Source: Macrostomum lignano
Lineage: Eukaryota
Assembly: GCA_002269645.1 (NCBI GenBank)
Contig: NIVC01002059.1
Location: 186,001-250,000 of the forward strand
Length of the DNA: 64,000 nucleotides
Direction of reading: 5' to 3'
This document shows, in pieces, positions 41,308 to 52,800 of this stretch (within the stretch, counting starts at the first letter, position 1; each line of letters opens with the position of its first letter). The notes beneath the pieces are model-generated. The model worked only from the letters and a program-made list of their open reading frames with translations. It did no database searches and was not told the DNA's origin. Both the position numbers and the translations under genes were made by a program.

Positions 41308-41838
41308 TTATATATTAAATAAAGTTAGGCGCAAGTAGTACAAGTAAGGTGAACCATTCGTATTTAAATCCGAATGCGGAACGAGGCCTCCATCGGCTGC
41401 GGCAGAGACAAGGGAGTATGGCCTCCTTGGAGTCGGCATCTCCAGCGGCGTTGAGGTGGGCGGTGCAGCAGGCTCCGCTGTTGCAGCAGGATGGACTGCG
41501 GCAGCGAGCTGTTGTATTAGCTGTTGGTTCTGCTGCATCTTCGCGGTCATCAATGCGTTGACATCGATGCCAGGAGTTGTCGGGGTGAGGGTGGCAGCAG
41601 TGACCGGCGCAGTAGGAGTAGCAGCCAGTTGTTGTGGGCCCCGGTCGGTCCCGGCGAGGTCGTAGCGGTCGTTAAAGTTGGGTGTCAAAGAGGCATCAGG
41701 ACCAGTGGGGGCTCCAGAACTAGTGCCAGCGGTGGCAGCAACAGCGGTCGGAGTGGGCGGCATGGTATGCGCCAGAGCAGTAGTGGTTGCAGAAGTGGAG
41801 GTGGTGTCGCCGGCATCCATCGAACGCATAATAACCAT
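41308..41838 (-). CDS. Convergent orphan ORF inside the transposon (176 aa, Ala/Thr/Pro-rich)
   Basis: ATG-to-stop ORF with GC-rich, coding-like composition, ending 117 bp from the transposase stop. No recognised domain. Confidence 0.45.
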   Translation of the reverse strand: MVIMRSMDAGDTTSTSATTTALAHTMPPTPTAVAATAGTSSGAPTGPDASLTPNFNDRYDLAGTDRGPQQLAATPTAPVTAATLTPTTPGIDVNALMTAKMQQNQQLIQQLAAAVHPAATAEPAAPPTSTPLEMPTPRRPYSLVSAAADGGLVPHSDLNTNGSPYLYYLRLTLFNI

Positions 41839-43908
41839 GAATTATTTGAAGAGTTGTGAACGCTCTGCTACCAAATTTGTCGCTTGGACAACAAACTAAT
41901 GAGCAGTTAGTAGATGGAGTGTATTTCGTGGCAGTGGAAGCAAAAGGTAAAGCAGAAAGAAAGGAACATGGACGCGCCTGAGGGGAGCAAAGCTAAGAGA
42001 AACCTATAACGGAGAGGAGGTCTTGTACATAGATATAAAAGTGGTAAACGCAAAGGATGAGCTAGGTCACTATTGCTGGAATTGCTTGGCTAAACGGTAG
42101 GGATGAGGTCATAGACAATAAATAAGGTTAGCTGCAACTAAGTAATATGTTAAAGGGACTAAAAGTACATGAAAACGTAAGTCGAAGGTGAAGGCCCAAA
42201 AGAGGCGAAGTATTGGAGGATTATAATCCGACACCCATGATGTCAAAACTCGGTCCATCACATCCTGTTACATTTCTTTAAACTAGTGTTAAATGCACAC
42301 TATGTTTAAAATACTATCATTCTTCATGCACTATTTTTATTGATTCAGGGGCAGTCAAGTCCAAGCATGACTGTTTCGATAGCTTCATTATATAGTTCCT
42401 TCATGCCTACATATACAGATAAATGTTTTTTAATCTACCCATTTCATCAAATTGTTTTCAGTTGTTTTTGTCCTGCAGTAACGTTTGTAAATCCTTTTGG
42501 ATTGTAATACTTTAGCATAAACCAGTCAGTATACATGTACTTTTTAAATTTCTTCTTGTTTAATAATATTGTATCCATTCATAGCAGACTAGAGTATATA
42601 GCTGTTTGCAAGACTACATTTCTTGCAAGAATAAAAAATATAAGACAAGAAAATGTCTTATTTATAATAAATAATTACATTTAGAGTCAAACATAGATAA
42701 TTCTACAGAATATCAGGCTGCATTCATATGTACCATATATTAAGATGTCCAAACTCCAATATTCCATGCATATTTACAATGCAACAAAGCTTTTTGCAAT
42801 CATATTTCATTTCTGTGCTTGATTTGTTTTGTCTCTTCTTTCCAGTTTTTGCATCTTCTTGAACTTTTTGAGACTATACACAATGCACACGAATTTTCTC
42901 AGCTCTTTATATGCCATGTGTGCTATATTTAAACTGCCTTTGTAATTTCATACTTACTATAAAGCTTCTCTATTATACACTCATGCTTTAATTTTTGCTG
43001 TAGATGTATAAATATATTCTTTTTCCGTCTGAAGCAGACTTCTGAGTTAAAATATGAGTACATATAGATCTTCCTATGGATGTTTGAATCATCCAAAAGG
43101 ATTATGTGATACATAAACTTTGCAATCATTCTTGTAACCACAGATATGAATTAGCGCCTAGCGGGATACTAAATTTCGCGCATAAATGCACATATCAGTC
43201 GTTCACGCTAAGAAATGTAGCTAACAATTTTCAGATAATGTTTTGAATTACTATATTTGCGTTATCCAACGCAATGCGCATTGTAATTAATTTGTAAATA
43301 GCTAGAAAATGTCACGAACAAAGCAATGTAATACTTGAGATAGTACCCTCAGGTTGCGCGACGCACAAATTGTTCAAAGTTAAACGAATGCGTATCATAG
43401 GTATACAGTCATATTATAACAAAATATGTTTATTTAAGGGTTCGGCGCTCCGTAAACAGAAAACTAATTAAATGAAATTATTATCTATTTTAAAAGAATA
43501 AATTACTCTATAGAATTTGACGATGATATGCTGGTGTATTTCTAGTTTTCGTGCAATAAAATAATTCCGATAATAATATTTAAACAAAGCGGCATTCCAT
43601 GCTGTCCTGACATTTTGTTGTGGTTTACGACACAAAATACGTTTGTTGCATCTATAATTCGTTCTTAGGTAAAGATTGAGTCACGAATTTTTAAAGAAAA
43701 AAAACGGAAGCATAAGCAGTGCCTGATTTTGAGAACGACCCGAACAATTAAAATATTTCAGTTACTTTTTTACTGCTAGTCTTATAAACATTTTAAATTA
43801 CATTGTGCTTTTGTCTCGCGCGATCTTTTTTACCATTATCGTATTATTGCATTTTCAATCAGCAATACATTTACTTTCGAATCTTTGTCAACGATCGGAA
43901 ATAAAGCA

Positions 43909-46900
43909 ATGGCAGAGCACATGCAATACAAGGGCCAGCTCATTGGTCACAATGGCTGGGTAACCCAGATCGCTACTAATCCACAATTTCCAAATATGAT
44001 TCTTTCTGCCAGTCGGGGTAAGGATTTTTTCTTTTTGTATAAGTGGATTCTTAGTCAATGGTTTGACTTTAAGATTAACTTTTAATCAGTGATCTTGCCT
44101 ATATTATTACCTGTCAAATTACTAGTATAAAGACATGTTTACCTTTTGACTAATTTATAGAACTTTTTATCAAAAGAACAAAAGTTTAGGATCCAGGACA
44201 ATTTGTTTGCTGGACTATTTAAATGACTAGGCTTAGTGGCAGTGGAATATTTATCTGCTGGTGCTAAATAATGAATAATAATTTATAAATAAAAAATGTC
44301 ATTGTAATGATTAAGTCTTAAGTCTTAATTATTAGGGATTGACCAACTGTGATTTTTGTATGCATGATTGGAACTAGACCATAGTGTTGAACACTGTTAA
44401 TGAAAATATTAACTTCCATTAATGGCAAAAGTGTTGGCATTAAAACAAAAAATCTTAATTTAGTAACTCTTAATTTTGTTAAGTTAAATAAAGGTTAACT
44501 AATAATTGGTTAATAAGCATTAATCTATTAAAGACTTTAAAGTTAACTTGATTTAAAGATCTAAAGAATCTAAAGATTTCTTGCACTTTTTTTCAAAACA
44601 GACTTTCTAATGCACTGTCTGCTTTTCCACCTTTTTAGTGAAACACTGAGGTCATCTAAAAGATTTATAAGCTAAAAAAGGTGTCCTAATAAATAATAAT
44701 TTTAAAAACTTTATGTATAAATACTTTTATAAAAAATATATAATTTATTAATTTAAGTAAGTAAATGGTAAAAGAAGTAACTCTTATTTAATTCTTATTA
44801 AGTAACTTTATAGTAATGATACGAAATGTGACTTGTGGATAGATAAACAGGTGTATTTTGTGTATGAATCACCTTGTCTTGTGTGTCTGTGGTCAGCAAA
44901 AGTTGGGACTTTGCAACCCAAATGTGGCGCCAAAAAATGCATCAAGCATGCTCTAGTCTAGGGGGGGCATTAGCTACATAGAATATATGTGGCTCATTGA
45001 TGTGCCGCTATAGAAATGAAAACTTCTCCCACAAAAAATCTGCATAGAGAAATTTGAAATACAGTTACATGTATACTACAGGAGCAATTTGATTGGCCAA
45101 ATATTTTTATTAAAAATGACATTACTTAGCATTGGGTGTTGACAAAATGCAATGCAGGCAAATCTGTTGCAACTCACAAGGCTACATGTACGAGTAAATG
45201 CAGCACTAAAGGAAAAAGCATTGCAGAAATCTCCACGGGCAAATTGCACTGCGGGAAAATCTCGGCAGGAAAAGCTCAGCGGGCAAATCTGCGCAGGCAA
45301 ATCTGTGGGCAAATCTCGGTGGGCAATTTGTCTGCGGGCATTTCTCATGGACCCAGCTCGGCACCCTGTGTTGCTCTATGTACTCTGGCTATTGGGAGTT
45401 AGAAGAAATTTTATTGGCATTTTCAAAAGTTTAGTAGTATTGTACTATTGGGAATATTAAAAAATAATGAAATATGCCTAGACCAAATACCAACCTACCT
45501 TTCCAAGTTTATGGAAATCATGCCCCTATCAACCTATGCTCCATTAACTCAATTCTCAATGCTCCACTTCTCTCAAAGCCTCAAATCTAAGCAAAATGTG
45601 TTTGCAACTTCTTAAGCACCCTTAAAATATGCTATATGTCCTTTATTTAATTCGTTTCATTCCTTTTTGAGTCAAGCCCATAACCCCTAATATTCTTAAC
45701 TTTTCAAACTCAAACTTCTCATTCCTCCATTCCTTTTAAAGCCTTTTCATAACTTAAGAGCATAATTATCCTTAATTCCTTCTTTCATTTATTTGCCATA
45801 CTGCTTATACCAAAACCCAACTCTTGACTTAGTGATTGGCATATGTATGCTTGAATTTTCAAGCATAAAGGCCACATGCTAGACAATGGAAGTAAATACC
45901 CTAGAAATTTTTTGTCTATATATATTGTATATTGCAACTATCTATTTGGTCAACAGTCTATTTTGGTAAAAAAATTGTTAGTCATTATAGCAACCACAAC
46001 CAACCATTATAGCAACCAAAACTGACATGAAGTTCCATTTTTAAAATGTTAATTTCTTTGTATATTTTGTTGACAAGTAAAAAAAATAATAGGAAAATTT
46101 CTAATGTCTAAGCAATGACATTGGCAAGAAGTTCCTTTTCAAATTAATTACATTGATCTTTCTCTGTGTATTGTTGAAAGTATAGTCCCTGATTACATAA
46201 TAGAATATTTTTTATTCAATTTCTCCATTTTATTTTTTCTATAGTAAAATGGTTCTATCTAACAATTTGTTACTATGGCAGTACATGGTACGCGCCTTAA
46301 CTTTGTATGCAGCATGCTATTTGCATACACGTGCAGTCTCTTAAATTACATCAAAATAAGAGCAAAGTAAGAAATCTTATTGGGGATTCTAATTAACCAT
46401 GCGATCTGGTTGACAATTTTAGACAAAAGTCTCATCATGTGGGAGCTGAACCGCGGCGAGAACTACGGCGTGCCTAAGCGCGCTTTACGCGGCCACAATC
46501 ACTTCGTGTCGGATGTCGTGATGTCATCTGATGGCCAGTTTGCCCTGTCCGGCTCCTGGGACAGCACCCTGCGTCTGTGGGATCTCACAACCGGCCTCAC
46601 AACTCGTCGATTCACTGGCCACACTAAGGACGTCCTGTCCGTGGCGTTTAGCGCCGATAATCGCCAGATCGTGTCCGGCTCGCGCGATCGCACTATCAAA
46701 CTGTGGAATACGCTGGGAGTGTGCAAGTACACCATCACCGAGGACAATCACTCTGACTGGGTTAGCTGTGTGAGGTTCTCGCCGAACACGGCCAATCCAA
46801 TTATTGTCAGCGCCGGTGTTGACCGTCTAGTTAAGGTGTGGAACCTGACCAACTGCAAGTTGCGCACCAATCACATTGGGCACAGCGGCTACCTCAACAC

Positions 46901-47276
46901 TGTTGCTGTCAGCCCCGACGGCAGCCTGTGCGCCTCCGGTGGCAAGGACGGCAAAGCCATGCTATGGGACCTGAACGAGGGCAAGCATCTGTACACCCTG
47001 GACGGTGGCGAGAGCATCAACACGCTGACCTTCTCGCCTAATCGCTACTGGTTGTGCGCGGCTACCGGTCCTCTAATTAAGATCTGGGATCTGGAGAACA
47101 AAGTGGTTGTTGACGATCTGCGCACCGAGGTTGTGGCCACTAGCACTAATCTGAAGCGCAAACCAGCTAGTCCAGAGTGCCTGTCGCTTGCCTGGAGTGC
47201 CGACGGTCAGACCCTTTTCGCTGGCTACTCGGACAATGTAATCCGCGTCTACGGTGTCACCGTGTCTGCCCAGTAG
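43909..47276 (+). CDS. RACK1: Receptor for activated C kinase 1 (WD40 ribosomal protein), 320 aa
   Basis: Exon 1 43909-44017 ([36 protein letters not shown]), phase-1 intron, exon 2 46423-47276 (DKSLIMW...[14 protein letters not shown]...); total 963 nt; WD40 repeats. Confidence 0.98.
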
Positions 47277-47329
47277 CTTAGGCCTATTGATATTTCACCG
47301 ATTCCCGACCAGAACCCGCGAGCTCCTTT

Positions 47330-47335
47330 AATAAA
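47330..47335 (+). promoter_or_regulatory. Polyadenylation signal of RACK1
   Basis: AATAAA 54 nt after the stop codon, followed by a T/GT-rich stretch. Confidence 0.7.
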
Positions 47336-47711
47336 AAGTTGTGTTTTTTGCTTCTCTGTCTCTCTTTTCATCTAGTGCGCGATCGATTGTAAGCTGATCT
47401 TCTACTAGTTAGTAGTGTAGTCAGGCAATAAAACAGAGATCGGTTCGAGATTAAACAAATACCAGCTGTGAAAACTAGCAGAAGCGAAATGTGTTCCGGC
47501 GTGACTTCAGCGCGTATGGAGGATTGTTATAAAAAAGTAAAATCCAACTTGGTTTGAAATTTTCTCGCGATGGCTAAGCCGAGTCTCTGGACTGTTTGTG
47601 ACAGTTCTTGAATTTGCATTGGATATGAAAAATGCGTTCTTTTATCTGGTTTTTATCCGTCTTATTTATTTTTCCGATATCAGGCATCTAGCTCTTCAGT
47701 CTTTGCCACTC

Positions 47712-49620
47712 TCCGATTTACTCAAAACCCCTCGGATCCAGCCTCCCAGACTCAACAGATCCAGCCTCTCTGACTCAACAGATCCAGCCTCCCAGACTCA
47801 ACAGATCCAGCCTCCCAGAATCAACAGATCCAGCCTCTCTGACTCAACAGATCCAGCCTCCCAGACTCAACAGATCCAGCCTCCCAGAATCAACAGATCC
47901 AGCCTCTCAGAATCAACAGATCCAGCCTCCCAGACTCAACAGATCCAGCCTCCCAGACTCAACAGATTCAGCCTCCCAGACTCAACAGATCCAGCCTCCC
48001 AGAATCAACAGATCCAGCCTCCCAGACTCAACAGATCCAGCCTCCCAGAATCAACAGATTCAGCCTCCCAGACTCAACAGATCCAGCCTCTCTGACTCAA
48101 CAGATCCAGCCTCCCAGACTCAACAGATCCAGCCTCCCAGACTCAACAGATCCAGCCTCTCAGACTCAACAGATCCAGCCTCCCAGACTCAACAGATCCA
48201 GCCTCCCAGAATCAACAGATCCAGCCTCTCAGAATCAACAGATCCAGCCTCTCAGAATCAACAGATCCAGCCTCCCAGACTCAACAGATCCAGCCTCCCA
48301 GAATCAACAGATTCAGCCTCCCAGACTCAACAGATCCAGCCTCTCTGACTCAACAGATCCAGCCTCCCAGAATCAACAGATCCAGCCTCTCAGACTCAAC
48401 AGATCCAGCCTCCCAGAATCAACAGATCCAGCCTCCCAGACTCAACAGATCCAGCCTCCCAGACTCAACAGATCCAGCCTCCCAGACTCAACAGATCCAG
48501 CCTCTCTGACTCAACAGATCCAGCCTCCCAGACTCAACAGATCCAGCCTCTCTGACTCAACAGATCCAGCCTCCCAGACTCAACAGATCCAGCCTCCCAG
48601 ACTCAACAGATCCAGCCTCCCAGACTCAACAGATCCAGCCTCCCAGACTCAACAGATCCAGCCTCCCAGAATCAACAGATCCAGCCTCTCTGACTCAACA
48701 GATCCAGCCTCTCAGAATCAACAGATCCAGCCTCCCAGACTCAACAGATCCAGCCTCCCAGAATCAACAGATTCAGCCTCCCAGACTCAACAGATCCAGC
48801 CTCTCTGACTCAACAGATCCAGCCTCCCAGAATCAACAGATCCAGCCTCTCAGACTCAACAGATCCAGCCTCCCAGACTCAACAGATCCAGCCTCCCAGA
48901 CTCAACAGATCCAGCCTCTCAGACTCAACAGATCCAGCCTCCCAGACTCAACAGATCCAGCCTCCCAGACTCAACAGATCCAGCCTCTCAGAATCAACAG
49001 ATCCAGCCTCTCAGAATCAACAGATCCAGCCTCCCAGACTCAACAGATCCAGCCTCCCAGAATCAACAGATTCAGCCTCCCAGACTCAACAGATCCAGCC
49101 TCTCTGACTCAACAGATCCAGCCTCCCAGAATCAACAGATCCAGCCTCTCAGACTCAACAGATCCAGCCTCCCAGACTCAACAGATCCAGCCTCCCAGAC
49201 TCAACAGATCCAGCCTCCCAGACTCAACAGATCCAGCCTCCCAGACTCAACAGATCCAGCCTCCCAGAATCAACAGATCCAGCCTCTCTGACTCAACAGA
49301 TCCAGCCTCCCAGACTCAACAGATCCAGCCTCCCAGACTCAACAGATCCAGCCTCCCAGAATCAACAGATCCAGCCTCTCTGACTCAACAGATCCAGCCT
49401 CCCAGACTCAACAGATCCAGCCTCTCTGACTCAACAGATCCAGCCTCCCAGACTCAACAGATCCAGCCTCCCAGACTCAACAGATCCAGCCTCCCAGACT
49501 CAACAGATCCAGCCTCCCAGACTCAACAGATCCAGCATCTCAGACTCAACAGATCCAGCCTCCCAGACTCAACAGATCCAGCATCTCAGACTCAACAGAT
49601 CCAGCCTCACAGACTCAACA
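47712..49620. repeat. 23-bp minisatellite (GATCCAGCCTCCCAGACTCAACA), about 80 copies
   Basis: Long homogeneous array between the 3' ends of RACK1 and the neurotactin-like gene. Confidence 0.97.
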
Positions 49621-49863
49621 GGTGGTCGGCCCATCATTTTCCTCAGCTAAACGAAGTTATCAATTTTTTTCAAAAGAGAATTTCAGCTATTTCATACACG
49701 AAACGAATTAATTACGTAGTAAGCATAGGGTCTCTAGTTTTTTTTTATAGTTGCTATTATTTAGAGTAAGTTTTCAGTAACTTTGAAAAATCGGAAGAGG
49801 AACAGTTAGAAATTCAATGAAATAACGATTTTGCGTTCAACAAGTCCAATAATCAATCAGGAT

Positions 49864-52800
49864 TCAGATTGTGGTTCTTAGTTTCGGGAATTTGTCGTAG
49901 CGCACAGTGTCGCAATAGGCCAACATGTCGTCCGGTGGGGTGGACCAAATCTGTCCATTTGCGTCTGCTAGCACTGTGTAGTCGTCTTCAACCGTGCTCC
50001 AACTTGACGGCGGTATACCGCTGCTGGCAAAAGTACTTAATGCACTTTGCATATGCTGCATCAGAGCCTGATCGCGCCGGTCCCAGCTATCAGCTGCGCG
50101 CGGCGCCGTGCCCAGCATGAGGAGCAGGTCGAGGCCGTAGAATGCTCCCGTGTGCTTGCTGGCGCCGCCGATGGCTAGAAATTTCGACGGGTATTTCAGA
50201 CTGTAGCGCTGCACAAAGTGATAGATTGGCGAGCTGCGTTTGGCCTGCTTAACTAGGGATTTTGCCAGGTAGCGATAGGGGCAGATGAAGCGCAATAGGG
50301 TGGCCGCTCTGGCTGCGGTTAGCAGGCCCTGCGGGAGATTGCACAGATATTGAGACTTTCAACGCCCGTTGAAAGCGTTACTTTGGCAAGAATCGCGGGG
50401 TCGTTTCACAAACCTAAAATTTACAATGCCGAAAACTCAGAATGCCGCTATTCTTTACAATGCTGAAATTTCATGAACCCGAATTTTCACAATTCTTTTC
50501 AGTCAGTAAAATTTGTCATCATGAAATTTTTTTCGACATTGTAAAATTTCGGTATTATGAAATGGGCTGCATAAATTTTCGACAACATGAAATTTCTGAT
50601 TCTAATTCATAAAGTGACGCAGAACGCCTCAAATTAAACCATTAACGACTTTTTGCCTGGCGACTTGTACCGTGACATCTGGTCGTGTATAGATCGGTCC
50701 TATATTAATTTTACGTGTTATCTGCAAGACTGCAACGACTCTGGGGACAACGCAAGTGGCTCTGTGACAATTCTTGGCCTAGATTCCGGTTTTATGAGGA
50801 AAGAAAAAATCCATTTTTCACTGCTTGCTTTATATAGAACAGAAATAAATGAACACCTGACCGCTTCCGGTTGGCTAGGAGCACAGATACTATTGTAGAA
50901 TACTATTTTAGTATGTGGCCAGTAGTAACGTGCAGTATCAGTTGTGTACTGTCAAGACAGTCACAACCACAGATACTAAAATAACTAGATGATCCACTCG
51001 GGCATATTTACTTAGAAAAACAGCTTTCTACTTTCAGTTCAGTAGCAAAGAAGAATACATAAGCTATTTTATGAAAATAAAGCCAGCTCAAACGACTTTG
51101 ATAAGTTTAGAAGCCCAAGCTTGCAGGCGTAAACAGCTTGCTAATTGGTTCAGCAATAATGTACATTAGCCAGTCCACTGAAATGTACATGGCAGCTTTA
51201 GGCTGGAATTCCGAGAAGGCAATAAAAATTGGGGCGGGGCGGGGGTAGTGTGGAAAGGCACGGTTGGAGGTTTAAGCTAGGGGGGTAAGTGCCAAAAAGA
51301 GCCTTGGCTTTAAAAGTACATTAAATGCTTCAGTTTAACTTGCTACTGAACTGAAAGTAGCTTGCACGCAAATGTGCTGAATGGCCCATCTGGTTATTCT
51401 CGTATCTGTGGTCACAACTCGTATTTCTCTCACGTTGGCGGGGTCACCATTTTGCCAGGTGCGGTCCTGTCCTATCGCAGCTATAGGATGAACTGGAGCT
51501 CACAATGGTAGATTGCGTAGTAGGTAAGGGACTGAAGTAATGGCGCACTCGTGTTTGGCCATTATTTCAGTACCTTACCTACTACGCAACGTCATTGTCT
51601 ATAAGACACATAGAGGCCATTATTTCAGCATAGCGTAGTCTGGTGGCCATTATTTCAGCGTGCCGGAAGTGGTCATTATTTCACACTTTTTATCATGCTT
51701 TAATTGGCTGTTTTGAGAGTTATTTTACCCATAGATGACTGAGATGTGTGTCATAGTTTTACCATAGACAACACGTGATGAGTGCTGATTTCGTTTACGT
51801 CTTGCAAGAAATCAGGAAAGCGGGTATTACAAGTGAAAGCTATTTGTCTTGCCAAACAACTATGGCTGGTGCATCTCGTCAAACAGCCCCGCTTATTAAT
51901 TGGAAAAATTTTCTTGTCGACGACTGAACGAACCGTGCGACCCATGCTTCAGTGGAGATGACACAGGAGATGCGGGTGAAGCATGGTAAGCATAATGTGT
52001 CAACATTGTAAGTAAATTAGTGGCTATACTATATGAAACTGAATTTTTTACAATGTCCATTAATCTGCAGGTCAGATGGATTCGGAACGCGCAGTTCGCT
52101 TCTTCGAGAACTGCCACTTCAAGGATTAATGAAGGTTTCAGTTTTAATGAGCAACTTCTGTTGAACAGTCTATGACTACTGTGTTGTTTTTTGTGTTTAA
52201 TGTGTGCGTTTTCCATTGTTTGTTAGCTAAAATGTCTTGACTATCCTTTTTTCACTGTATTCCAGAATGCCATGTAGACTGCGATCATTCCATTATGTCA
52301 GTTAATAAATGCATAGTTAACTAATCGTCTATGGTTCAAGCGCCTGCTAAAGCTGAAATAATTTAGATCGAAATTTCACATTATTTCACAGCTTTTGAAA
52401 CGCAACCCCGTCAGCAGCAGCAGCCCATGCATCGGCTGCGTGCAGTACGACTCAGCGCGGATGATGTCGCCTGCCAGAGCTTAGACGGAGCAGGCGGACG
52501 CGGCGATAGAAGTGCGACAGCATGCATTCAAAGGTACTCATCAATATTAGCAAACCTGCGAGTCCGAGCGCGACATATCGGGCCGTTTTAGACGAGCAAT
52601 CAGCCGATCAGGACTGCCGGCTAGTTCCAGATCCTTGACCGTTTTAAGAACTTTCTGCCAGACTTTATGCCACTTGTCCGAGGCCCGGAAGCCGGGAAAA
52701 CCTTCGTAGTGATCGGCTACGTTGCCAAATACTATGGGAATGTCGTCCCACGAGCCCAAGCCCAAAGGACCTGCCTCAGTGGGCGAAGAGATCAGAGTGA

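Larger units (their letters stand above)
37482..43741 (+). mobile_element. Autonomous-looking Sola2-like DNA transposon (6.26 kb)
   Basis: Perfect 20-bp TIR GGGTCGTTCTCAAAATCAGG; 4-bp TSD GAAC (37478-81, 43742-45); contains an intact transposase ORF. The 5'-GRG ends and 4-bp TSD fit Sola2 as I recall it. Confidence 0.88.

Noticed and set aside
44018-46422. Intronic C/D snoRNA in RACK1 (yeast ASC1 and vertebrate RACK1 introns host snoRNAs)
   Set aside because: I found no convincing RTGATGA...CTGA pair with a terminal stem by eye. A snoscan or Infernal search would be needed to exclude it.
46380-46422. ORF-track start for RACK1
   Set aside because: It lies in the intron; the true start is ATG 43909 in exon 1.
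50397-50570. A further GGGGTCGTTTCACAA Sola-like terminus
   Set aside because: No adequate inverted partner or TSD was found.
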